64,000 nt of DNA from the human T2T-CHM13v2.0 reference genome, Homo sapiens. A program made the position numbers and the translations under genes. The DNA is taken from NCBI RefSeq assembly GCF_009914755.1, contig NC_060930.1; one strand, given 5' to 3'. Positions 42,398-54,330 of this stretch are shown here, one piece after another. Position 1 is the stretch's first letter, and each line of letters opens with the position of its first letter. Under the pieces are notes generated by a model. That model was not told where the DNA came from. It saw only the letters and a program-made list of their open reading frames with translations, and made no database searches.

Positions 42398-43183
42398 ATA
42401 ATTTAATCTTTTTTAAATGGAGATTTCACTTAGGGCTTGTGAGTATAGACAAACGCATTTTCTTTCCCTCATATCTTATATAGCAAGTGGTTGCTCCTGC
42501 TTAATATTAAAACTAAGTTACAAAGAAAGAGTCAGTTTTTCCTGGGTATACAGTGAAAACACATTCCCTCTTCAATCCCCTAACCCAACCTTCTATGCCT
42601 AAGATCAAGAGTGCTTTTACAATATGCTTTATAAAAACCTCAAAAACTCATCTCAGTATTCAATTATATTTCAAAATTGTTGCCTGGAAAGCCCAGGATC
42701 TCAATCCATTATTGGTGTACAATCTATAATTGTATATTGGAATTCTAAAATTAGCTGGTATCTATTGAAAGTGTTCTATGTGCTAAGCACTTTATATGTA
42801 TAACATTATTTATTCCTCTCAAAAATGTGTAGATTCTGTAAATTATTATCCTCAAGTGACACAAGGGGCAACAGAAGCACTAAGGAAGTAGAGAGGTTCA
42901 GTAGCTGTATGGGAGCATAGTCAGGTTGCAAAGCTTCATGGAAGACTCTAGAGATCATCCTCTGTATCTCTCTGCAGGCAGCTCCCATCACCCTCCCTGC
43001 TGAGATGGATGCTCTTCAGGCAAGCCTCCAGACACACTAAGACTGCTGGGATATTCTTATTCATTCATTTATTCACTCCATTCGTATTTACTGAGCACCT
43101 ATGTGTCAGGCGCTCTTCTAATTGCTTAGCTCTTACAGTGGAAAGTGAACAAAGTTCTTTCATTTGAAAGGCCTCTTCTCCAT

Positions 43184-43440
43184 CTAGGTGCGGTGGCTAA
43201 GGCCTGTAATCCCAGCACTTTGGGAGGCTGAAGCAAGAGGATCACTTGAGGCCAGGAGTTCAAAACCAGTCTGGGCAACATAGCAAGACTCTATCTCTAC
43301 AAAAAATAAAAATAAAACAATTAGCTGGGTGTGTGATGACGCGTGCCTGTAGTCCTAGCTACTCGGGGGGCTGATGTGGGAGCATTTGAGCCCAGGAGTT
43401 CAAGGCTGTGATGAGCTGGAAGATACCAACTCTATAAAGT
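43184..43440 (+). mobile_element. AluJ, right arm 3'-deleted
   Basis: ggatcacttgaggccaggagttcaaaaccagtctgggcaacatagc; flanking AAAGGCCTCTT / AAAGACCTCTT. Confidence 0.88.
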
Positions 43441-45224
43441 AAAAGACCTCTTATTTTCTCTATCACAATTATGCCTCTTGATTATAACAATAATTATTCT
43501 TTTAGAGGAAATATTAGGTCTCCAAAATGTCAACAGTGTTCTTCATATCACTGCCAAACTATCTCAACGTTCACATAGAAAATCATTTTTACAGGCAAAT
43601 AGATTATAACATCTCAGAAGGAAATGTCTTCAAAGATAAGTGCTGCCTAATATATTAAAGGACAAGCAAGTTCTAGTTGGTCAAATGGTCTCTTCGCTGG
43701 GAATTGCCAAACAAGGATAACCTGTTTTGAAAGAATTATAGCATAATCAAAAACTCCTAACACAAAAGCTATTTGAGGCATAACTTAACTCTTCCCCAGT
43801 GACTCATGACTTCTCAGAATCTTAGAATGTTTCAGAGTCAATTAATTTAAACAGCAATTATTAACTGGAACTTCAAAACAATCTTTGTGAAGAGTTTAGC
43901 TTTCTTATTGTTGCAATTTCCATTTGCTGAACCAATTAAGGCCAGTGGTACCACCTGAGATTTTGAAAATAAATCAGTGGGTTTTTATTTCAGCTGTTTG
44001 GAAATGACTAATAGAGTAATACAATAGATTAATTTTATCTAACATTAATAGCTGGATGTATAAGAAACACCCACTCTCTAGAAATTAAGACATGTCACCA
44101 TAGTCTTATGACAAGAGTGAGTCTCTTATTTTTGAACTTTCTATTGAACAGTTCTCACCATCTTAAATCACCCTTTGTTATGAGTTTTTAAGTGTCTTAA
44201 GTAGAGAAGGTTAAGAAAATGAATACTTATACTCCTTTAAATACTAATTAAGAGGCCCTGGTAACCATTTATCAGTAATATTAATGGCATGAAAATTGAA
44301 AAAGTATGACTCAAAGGTGAATTCAGGGCAATTTAAATTATATATAAAAAATAAAAACTTAGGTGGAAGAATTTAAAAATTTTAAAATTCTGCCCAAATT
44401 GTGGAGTGCAATTTTATACACTGGGAAGAAAAATGACAGCAATAAAAATTTTAAAAAGATGAAAAATATTTTTTAAAAAATTGTGCAACCCAATTTTAAA
44501 TGGGACTGAGAAATATAAGCAAAGCATCGACAAAATAGTATATTGTTAGAAAAGCTATGCAAATGAAAGAACATTAAAATCACTTTGCTATATAAAACAA
44601 TGTCAAATGACAGTATCAAGTGTCCACATCCCCTGAGGCCAAGTTTCAGTCATCTAGTCCATATGGAGAGTAATGCTGTGCCCTCAGCTATTTCCTTCTT
44701 AGGACTAATGGAAATCAAATTAGCTCCCTTTTCATATTATGTGAATAAAATATAAGTTCCACAAGGAAAAGGACTTTATTTTGTTCATTGCTATATCCTA
44801 GTCCCCAGAACAATGCTTTTTTTCACATAGCAGGATCTTGACAGATATTTGTTGAATTAATAAATATTGAAGGCATTTATTCAAAATGACTTGTTGCTAT
44901 GGATGGCGTATTTTATTTTTACTAAAGTTAAATTATATATAACATGCTGACAACAGCAGCTGGAGAGTTTGCCCTATTGTGTGAAGTTTTTCCAAGAAGA
45001 GTTTAGCAAACAGCATATTTGTGAAGATTATCAATATGTGGAATGGGTGTGATATTACATACATATCAAATTATTTGTATTTGTGATAAAACAAATATTT
45101 AAAGTACAATATTGAGGATTTTAGTAAAAGGAGAATTTGTCTTTTCTAAACAAAGAAAATTATAGGGTGTGACTAGATCATCCTTTATCCTTAAGTCATA
45201 TTTTCCAAATCTTTAATCCTTTAT

Positions 45225-45838
45225 AGCACCATTTCCCAAAGCGTGGTATGGGAACACAGGCGATATTTTTGTTACAGAAACAACCTTTTATCTTTTACTA
45301 TAATCGTTACATGTATATTTTAACATGTACTAGAGAAAATGTAATTAGCACGTCAAATCTGTTTTTTATTGATACTAATTTTATATAAGTTATATGTAAG
45401 TAAGGGCCCGGGCATGGTCACTCACACTCGTGAATTAGCACTGTGGGAGGCCAAGGCAGGAGGATCGCTTGAGGGCAGGAGTTTGAGATCAGCCTGGGAA
45501 AAGACATCTCTTAAAAAAATTAAAAAATTAGTCAGGCATGGTGGTGCACACATGTAGTTCCAGCTACTCAGGAGGCTGAGGTGGGAAGATCACTTAAATC
45601 CAGGAGGTCAAGGCTACAGTGAGCTATGATACAATTGCTCCAGTGCACTCCAACCTGGAGACAGGGCAAAGATCCTGTCCCTAAAAAAAATAAATAAATA
45701 AAGAATACATATATATATATAGGTAAAAATGAATTTATTTGATTTTTTAAAAAAGATATTATGTAAGTAGTGGTATAGGCAGATATGGTAAAAACCCTAC
45801 TAAAGGCAAGAGCATGACTGAAATTGAGGAAACTCTGA
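45225..45838. mobile_element. hAT-Charlie MER113-like element interrupted by AluJ
   Basis: catttcccaaagcgtggta...aattagcacgtcaaa...gatatggtaaaaa...atgactgaaattgaggaaactctg. Confidence 0.55.
45404..45702 (+). mobile_element. AluJ
   Basis: Two arms, ggaggtcaaggctacagtgagctatgat, (TAAA)n tail. Confidence 0.9.
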
Positions 45839-46482
45839 CCTTAGTTTCTACTTGGAGCAGTGAGACTCAGAGCAAATACTCCATTCTTCTTGTAAAGGTG
45901 TTCCCAGGCTTCAGACAGGAACCCATTACACAACAGCCTTCCCGGGGCGTTTTTACCCAGCAGAAAGACTTCTAACCCTCTCAGACCCAATGCCTCCTTT
46001 TTATAGCACATTTTATAATCTTTACTACCTTGATAGATCCTTTACCCTCTTGAAAGGAAATCTACAGCCTACTTATTCTCATAAGTTAAAAAAAAATCAT
46101 AATAAGGCCCTAGCTTTTAATACACAAGAAATACAAGAAAAGCAACTTATGACAAATAATGTTTTCAATAAGTAAATACTTGGGCATAATCACCCTTGAA
46201 GGCCTACGGATATGGTCTATATTGCACCCACATGCAGAATCCCTGTGAATGTGACAGTCCAGTGCAGATCGATACAGGTGTATTATGTTGGAAATGCAGT
46301 CAACTATCATAAGCAGTCTTGCCACTGGTAATTTCCTAAGAAGGCGAACAACTTCTGGGAAAGTCATGTCCACCACTCCCTCCTCTCACCCACAACCCCC
46401 CAAAAACAACATTCTTTCCTTAGTTTGCATAGTAGTTACATTTCTGAAAAGGGAATACTTGTATTAAAACTGTACAAGAGAA

Positions 46483-47077
46483 CAACCACTATGGAAAACA
46501 GTGTGGAGATTCCTTAAAGAACTAAAAGTAGAATGACCATTTGATCCAGCAATCCCACTCCTGGGTATCTACCCAGAGGAAAAGAAGTTATTATATGAAA
46601 AAGATACTTGCACGTGTATGTTTATAGTAGCACCATTTGCAACTGCAAAAATGTGGAACCAACCCAAATGCCCATCAATTGATGAATGGATAAAGAAACT
46701 GTGGTATATATAAATGATGGAATACCACTCAGCCATAAAAAGGAATGAATTAATGGCATTTGCAGCAAACTGGATGGGATTGGAGGCAATTATTCTAAGT
46801 GAAGTTACTCAGGAATGGAAAACCAAACATCGTATGTTCTCACTCATAAGTGAGAGCTAAGCTATGAGGATGCAAAGGCGTAAGAATGCCACAGTGGACT
46901 CTGGGGACTCGGGGAAAGGATGGGAAGAGGTTGAGGGATAAAAGATTACAAATTGAGTTCAATGTATACTGCTCAGGAGATGGGTGCCAAAATCTCCCAA
47001 ATCGCCACTAAAGAAATTACTCATGTAACCAAATACCACCTGTTCCCCAATAACCTATGGAAATAAAAATTTTTTTA
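46483..47077 (+). mobile_element. L1PB1-like 3' end
   Basis: gctaagctatgaggatgcaaaggcgtaagaat...cctgttccccaataacctatggaaataaaa; TSD AAAACTGTACAAGAGAA / AAAATTATACAAAAGAA. Confidence 0.9.
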
Positions 47078-47164
47078 AAAATTATACAAAAGAATACTTT
47101 GTGATCTCCATGAATATATACATACCTACTATGTACCCACAAAAATTAATGATTTTAAAGAAAA

Positions 47165-47455
47165 CAAAACTTTGAGCTTACCTATCAGAGAAATGGGGTT
47201 AGGTTCTAGGTTCAGATCATTATAAACAGGCTTTTCACCCATATGAATACCTGACCAGCCATTGAAAAATTGAAGGTGATACAGGACAATCCTCTGTTGT
47301 GTAGAAGAGCCCCATATACTTTGCGACATCCCACATCCCTGGCTCCCTTCCATTAAATTCTGTTCTGGCCATTTCTATCATTTGACAGCCAAGAATGCCC
47401 CCCCAACATTTCCCCAATGCCTCCTAGGAGGTAATGCCTCCCACATTGAACTCAT
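47165..47455. mobile_element. MER20B-like DNA transposon fragment
   Basis: ggacaatcctctgttgtg...catccctggctcccttccattaaat...aatgcctcctaggagg. Confidence 0.6.
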
Positions 47456-50400
47456 AAATCCCAATAGCACTCAAGGATTTATTTTTATTTTAAGCTATCC
47501 ATTACTATCTGACATGTAGTCATTAAGTCCCTTTGGGCTTTTTATTTATCAGTGATAGCTTTTGGTTCCAAAGTGTCTTAAACGTAAGAGATGATGGCTT
47601 CTAAGGCTATTATCAGTAATATTCTACTATTATTACAGAAGTGTTATTGTTTATGGCTTGTTATTAACCACAAAGTTTCTCTTTTGGCTTAAAGTTGGTA
47701 AAAATAAATATTGTTAAAATAAATTTCAGAAAGTTTGGTTGCTCTTAAGAAAAACACTCAAGAGTTAGGGGCTCCTGAAAAGTCTGAAATTCGATATAAT
47801 TAGAAATCTGGTTACTGAAAACCAGATACTTTAAAAATTAAGCCTCTCAGGGCTGCAAATTTTAACAGCACAGTTTTAAAAGCAGATTCTTGGCATAATG
47901 TTGAGGGGGTTTTGACCAAGTCATGCTGAGAAATTTGCAACTGCAGCATTCACTGGGGTGAACGCAAAAGAGAAAAAAACACATTAATGAAAACTTTCCA
48001 GGATGAAAGACCTTAAACTTAGCTTAACTTCTGAACTTTTTGCTCTGCTGTGATCTTTCTGACACTTTGAAGAATGATTCTGGATGGGCTCCAAATAGCA
48101 CACTCCTCACTCCTCATTCTTAAACAGTGTGAAATCTGTCAACCCAATCAGGTCATCAAGAGGGCAGACTGCCACTTGTCATTACTGAGAGGGGTGTTCT
48201 CTAGGACACTGAAAATGTCGGGCAGGTCTTGCTTTTTACCAAGAGCTAGGGCCTGGCATTTTGAGAAAGACACTTATTTCCACTCATTGGGAAAGCTAGC
48301 TTAGCACCCGTGTGCAAATCAAGTATGCCCTATTCAATTTACCAGAGTGATGCTTTGACATCATTCCCCTTAACAGAAAGCTGACAATCAACAATAGCCC
48401 ACAGGGCTTTATTTGCAAAGATGGAAAGCTCAAAACAGTTGCCTCAGCTCAAGATGGAATCTAATTTTTTAAATTAATTCTAATGCATGAGACAAAGAAA
48501 CAATATCAGTTAATGAGAAGCATGGGAACTGTTTGAATGCCTGTTCTTCTACTTGTTACACGTGTTTTACTGAGTGTCTTAATCTTTTGGTACTCTCTTT
48601 CTCTGCTTATAAACCTGGAATAATGATAGGTATTATTAGCTCTGGTTATTTTGTTGTGAGAACTGGGACCCCCCCACCCCTGGGCAAAATTACCAAGTGG
48701 ATTAAGTTTTCCTTTGACTTTTACCCCTTCCTTACTCACACCATTGAGCTAAGCACTAGGGATTATAGGTAAATAAGGCATAGGCCCTGCCCTCAAGGAA
48801 CTAACAGTTTAGTGGGTGAGAAAGACAAGTAAATATGATAACGCATATATGGCTGAAGAACTGCTTTGCTGAATATAATTAGGGTGGGGTTGCTTTGGAG
48901 CCCAGCACAAAACACTAGCCACCATGGGGAAAAGACTAGGAAGACTTTCCACCCAATCACCTTCTTTCTCCTCTCTCTGTCCCTTTGTCCCACCTTTCTG
49001 CTCCCCCCAAAGCCACCACCCCATGACTTCCCTTCTGAGATAGAACCCCAAGCTTTAGACTGTTCCTTCTGCCCCCTTCCATCAGAACTTATCCATCCAG
49101 CATTGCCTACCTAATTGCAAACTAATTCAAGCTAAGGCATTCATTGATTCATTAACTCTTTCTGAGTGATATTTGCATTCTGACTGGAGCTGTCCTTACA
49201 CACTCTACCAATCTGTATTGGGCATATACCATGTAGATTCATTTCAATCTTTTACCTAAAAGACTGATAAGTGGAAGAACCAATCCTTGAACCTCATTCT
49301 AGGCCAAGTATCCTTTTCTCAGAAATAGTTTCTTATTCCATTTCATCACAGTCTGCAGGCTCTGCCTAGCTTGTCAGCACCTGTAGCAGAGACTCCGTGT
49401 ACAGCAATAGGATGGTGCTAAGTCTCATCTATGTGGAGATGAGACATATACCAGAGAGAATGGAGAATACTGTCATGGCACCATAGCTGCTCCTGGAGGT
49501 CCCAACCCCATGAGGGCACTGCTTAGTTATCCAGCCACACTACTTGCCCACTAGAAGGGCAGCTGGAAGTCCCAGGAGAGGGCAGAGATTTCCTCCAACC
49601 ACACCCCTCCCCACTCCCCACCCGAAGGCCACTGTTTTTGGCTCTTGCTGCTATGGAAGGACAGGAGTGAGCTCCCGCTCTTGACAGGAAACTCTCCAGG
49701 AGCAGAAGCTGTAACTTCCTCATCTTTGCATCATCAGCACCCAGCCCAGTGTCTGAGCCAAAGTAAACCCTCAGTTAATGTTTGGAGAAGGGGAAGGAAA
49801 GGAAGGGAAGGGTGAGCTGTTGAGACAATCGAGGATAGTTCTTCTCTTTGGCCATTCTAAAAGTACTCAGCTAAATTTATTCTAAAATGCTAGGTCTCCA
49901 CCTTCTGCTTCTCTCTGTCCCCTCCTTCAGACACAGCAATTAAACTCTTCATTCTGAGCAATCCAGTGTTAACCTAGGATGAGAGAAGGCAAGAGAAACC
50001 TCAGTGCCAACAGTGCACATCCTTTTTTGTGCATTTCTATGCCCCCTCACTTTCATCCCCTGCCAGTTGCATCTCCACAGGTCCCACCTGAGTGGGTTTC
50101 TCTGTGGCTTTAGCACGGTATGTGTATATTCATATTTTTTCCAATATAGGTGTATGTAAGCTTGTTCTCAGAGCTCTATAGTTTCCATAGTCGTAAGAAT
50201 AAAAACATTTTTCTGACCGACCACTCCATCCCTGCCATGATGCTTTACCTCATCTGGAAGGGTGTGCAGGACCCAGTCCATTACCAGAAAGGATACAGTC
50301 TCATAGAGCGCAACTCTCAAGCCCATATGGGATTCAGAGGGTGGCGCCAAAAACTTCTTACATTTCCTCTCAGACTACCTTTCACTGGTACAGAAACCTC

Positions 50401-50808
50401 CTCCGATGGGTGCTTGAATGTCTCTTCTCTCTTGATCTCCCTTCCTCATTCCTTTTCTACTGCTCTGTCTCCTCACCTCTCTACCTGACCACACCCCCTA
50501 CATATATACCAGGTGCCATCTTGCCTCTATGCCATGTGGAAAGAAAGGCTTCTGACTCCATCAAGTGTGAGCGGCAAAGTAGAGCATCACTTTCTTGAGA
50601 GCAGAGCACCCGCTAGACAAATGATCTTTCTTTTTCTTGCTCATATTTTTTGCTTTATACAGTATTTTAATTTCTAGGCACTTTTATACTAAAACCTTCC
50701 TTACCTGCCACAGCTGAAGTGGAAACATAAGTAGTGAAGGGGATAAAGAGCCAATCCCATCACCTTCCTCTGGGTAGTTGAGGACAGAAACACTCACTTA
50801 AATCTTCT

Positions 50809-51167
50809 TGTATGAGTCCGTTTTCATGCTACTGATAAAGACATACCCGAGACTGGGTAATTTATAAAGAAAAAGAGGTTTAATGGACTCAGTTCTACAT
50901 GGCTGGGGAGACCTCACAATCATGGTGGGAGATGAAAGGCATGTCTTACATGGCAGTGGCAAAAGAGAAGTGAGAGCCAAGTGAAAGGGGTTCCCCCTTA
51001 TCAGACCATCAGATCTCATGAGACTTATTTATTACCATGAGAACAGTATGGGGAAAACCACCCCATGATTCAATTATCTCCCACCGGGTCCCTCCCACAA
51101 CATGTGGGAATTATGGGAGCTACAATTCAAGATGAGATTTGGGTGAGGACACAGCCAAACCATATCC
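50809..51167 (-). mobile_element. THE1B (ERVL-MaLR) solo LTR, full length
   Basis: Minus strand begins gatatggtttggctgtgtcc and ends aaacggactcataca; ~360 bp; 5-bp TSD CTTCT/ATTCT. Confidence 0.93.
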
Positions 51168-52141
51168 ATTCTGTATATTCAGGTACCACAATGCCTTGCA
51201 CAGAGCAGGTGTTCAATGGATATTTATTGGTGGAGGCTTCCCAGTGTTCATCAGACTACAAAAAACAAATAGCCAATTCATTCCTCACCTGCTTCCAGTT
51301 CATTTGACAACTACCAAAAAATATTATATATTATAGCCATTCCTAATTAAAACATTATGCAAAATTATCAATGTAGGTAGAGATATTTAGAAAACACATA
51401 AAAGACATATGTGTTTTCTAGAGGGAAGGTAAGAAGAAAACAATGCCCATGGGCCATGTTAAGCAGCAAGGAAAGGTTTTGGATTATGCCCTGACACCAT
51501 GACTCTATCAACAGATGTCCCTTCAGGTAAAATTTCAGGAGACTATAAGGCTTGGCTCCAAAGGGTTAAACACAAGGCCTGTATGCATCCCTGTGCATCC
51601 TGGCAGGTTTTTTTTTTTTTTTTTTTTTTTTTTGAGCCGCCTGTTTGCCCAAGTAACTCCCACTCTTTCCCTTCCCCACAAGCTGCTGCTCCACTCTATG
51701 TACACAACAAAAATATTTGTCTTTTCCAAAGCTGGGGGCACTAACCAATGTCTGTGAATTTCTTTGTATAATAACATAATAATCAAATCACATTAAGTCA
51801 GTGTCAAGTGAGACATGTGTTTTCAATTTTAAAACCCACAAGTGATTATTTATTCCTTAATACTTCATTTGTACATTTAGTGAGAGAAATAGGAAAGTCA
51901 CACATACATAGAATCGCTTCCAACCTTTGCTATGAAGTTATTTCTCTAGGTGTTTTCTAGTTATTTTACAAGTTGTCTTTCACTATTAGCATTACAGTAT
52001 TTCTCACTCTCTTGTTCACTGATACCAAGTTTAATTTTCAGCCTTTACAACTTTATTGATTTTTAAACACTCGTATTTATGAATTACACGGTTAGAAAGA
52101 ATGAATAAGAAATGTCCTCTTATTGGTTTTGTTTTACTATA

Positions 52142-52372
52142 CTTTTTATGTGGTAAATAACTCATAATATGAGATCTACCATCTTAGCAAATTTTTAAGT
52201 ATATAGTACAGTCTTGTTAACTGTAAGTACAATGTTGTACAGCCGACCTCTACAATTTTTTCATCTTGCATGACTGAAACTCCATACCCCTTGAACAGTG
52301 ATTTCCCATTTCCACTTCCCCCAGCCCCTAGCAACCACCATTCTACTTTCTGCATCTATGAGTTTGGCTACT
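52142..52372 (-). mobile_element. L1MA 3' end
   Basis: gagatctaccatcttagcaaattt...gcaaccaccattctactttctg; flanking TTTACTATAC repeats. Confidence 0.85.
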
Positions 52373-52519
52373 TTACTATACCTTTTTTTTAAAGTACCAA
52401 AACTTTAAATCCTTTGGGTGCTGATACATCATTTTGGATCCCTATACCCCAGAGAAAATAGGGTCCTCTGCTAGACTGCCTTATGTCTCCACTCTTTGCC
52501 CTTTCCTGTAAAGAGCAGG

Positions 52520-52740
52520 ATATAATGAGCAGAGCATCATCTTCAAGGTCAGAAAGACCCAGGTTCCATCCCTGCTCTGTTACTTATCCATTGCATGACT
52601 TTGGGTAAATTATTAAACCTTTCCAAACTCATTTCTTCATCTGTAAGATGTACCTATTTTAATATCAACTTCACAATACCTACTTTTATGAAAATCAATT
52701 GGATCACAAATGTAAATTACCTAGTAGGTGCTCAATATTT
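52520..52740 (+). mobile_element. MIR
   Basis: atgactttgggtaaattattaaacc...tttcttcatctgtaagatg...gtaggtgctcaata. Confidence 0.75.
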
Positions 52741-53273
52741 TGATTCCATCACCCCAGCTGCAAACCCTAGCCTCGTATGGATTGAATACATGGAATAGGA
52801 GACCCAGTGTGTTTGTTCTAGATGAAATACATGAGATATGTCTTTGGGATCCATTCAGACATGCAGGTGGACACTGCAGTAGTCATCTAAAACAATTCTT
52901 TCTTCTCTCTGAACTAGTTCAATGTGAAAATATATAGCTTTCCATGCCCTGTTAATGTCTTAATGAAACCTGCTTCCTTAAGAGTGTCCTGCACCAAGAA
53001 TACAGACATGATTAGTCCTAAGGTGCCACTACAATCCATAGAGCGCCGTGGGCACTAAGAGAGAAATCTCAATGCACAGGTAAATTTCTCAAGTTCTCTG
53101 AGGAACTAAGGATATTTACACTTAAAGAGTTATATTCCAACCACATATAAAAAACACATAATTAAATCACAGAATCCACTCCAGTGAAATATAATTCAAG
53201 CAGCCTTTGTAACCTATAAAGAAAAAGGAATTAGCTTCCAGTGCTTTCCCTTTCTAAAGAATAAAGCATAAAG

Positions 53274-53394
53274 CAGCATGGCACATGTATACATATGTAA
53301 CTAACCTGCACATTGTGCACATGTACCCTAAAACTTAAAGTATAATAATAATAATATTAATAATAATAAAACAAGAAGGGGCTGCCAAAAAAAA
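53274..53394 (+). mobile_element. Extremely 5'-truncated young L1PA (L1PA2/3-like) with short 3' extra sequence
   Basis: cagcatggcacatgtatacatatgtaactaacctgcacattgtgcacatgtaccctaaaacttaaagtataat; TSD AAAGCATAAAG (53263-53273 / 53395-53405). Confidence 0.92.
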
Positions 53395-53629
53395 AAAGCA
53401 TAAAGGTTTTCTTTCTGGAAGTTTTTAGAGATCAAAGTTTCTATCTAGGCCTCTACCAATGAGTAAAGTTAGTACTAATCTACCATCATTCTAAAGATGC
53501 ACTTATAATCATTTAGGAAAATCCAACAAATTCAGAAAAGAAATAGAGGTTCAAGTTCTTCTACACAGGGGATCATCCCTGTTATCTGATGTGTTAGATG
53601 AGTGAATCTTGCTTGTTCTGGACAATTAC

Positions 53630-54330
53630 TTCAATTCAACAATTACATGGTAGCACCTATCATGAGCCAGATAATGTACTACAATAGACAGAAGAACAGC
53701 TTACACTTCAATAAATAGTCATCTCATTCCTTCATTCCTTCTTTCAGTAAACACCTTTTCGGTAAGCTAGGCACCATAATAATAATAGGTAAGACATGGT
53801 CCTAGCCTAACAGGGTTTACAGCAGCGTGCAGCATCTGCCACATAGCAAGTGAGCTAAGTTACTGCAATACTAGGAGGAGAGCTGAATGCCTCTGACCAG
53901 GAGCCCAGGAGGAAATACTTGAGGTGGGCTGCCGAAGGACAGATGGCATTTCAACAGGTGGGGAGAATATTCAATTGAGAAGGAATGTGGGAATCCAGAT
54001 AGAAACAGAAAACTCTGGGGGATGTGGCATAAAAACAGCAAAAGCAGAGATCTGTTTATCTGCAGGGTACTTTTGGGAGATAAAAATGGAAAAGTAAGTT
54101 GGCCTCATATTGTGGAGGGCCACGAATGTCAGAATAAATAATATAAATTAAGGAGACATTGTGGGGGCCATTGAAGGACTTGGAGCAGGGGGCTGACATG
54201 GTAGGAGTTGTGCCTGAGGAACGAATCCGTTGGTGGTAGGTGAGATAGATTGAAAGGGATGACTAAAGGCCCTCAGAGGGGTTAATCCAATATCCTGGGA
54301 CAGGGAGTAAACTAGCAGAGACACTGAAAG
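53630..54330 (-). mobile_element. L2 relics
   Basis: ttcaattcaac...gcacctatcatgagccag; ggagggccacgaatgtcag...ggccattgaaggacttggagcaggggg. Confidence 0.65.
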
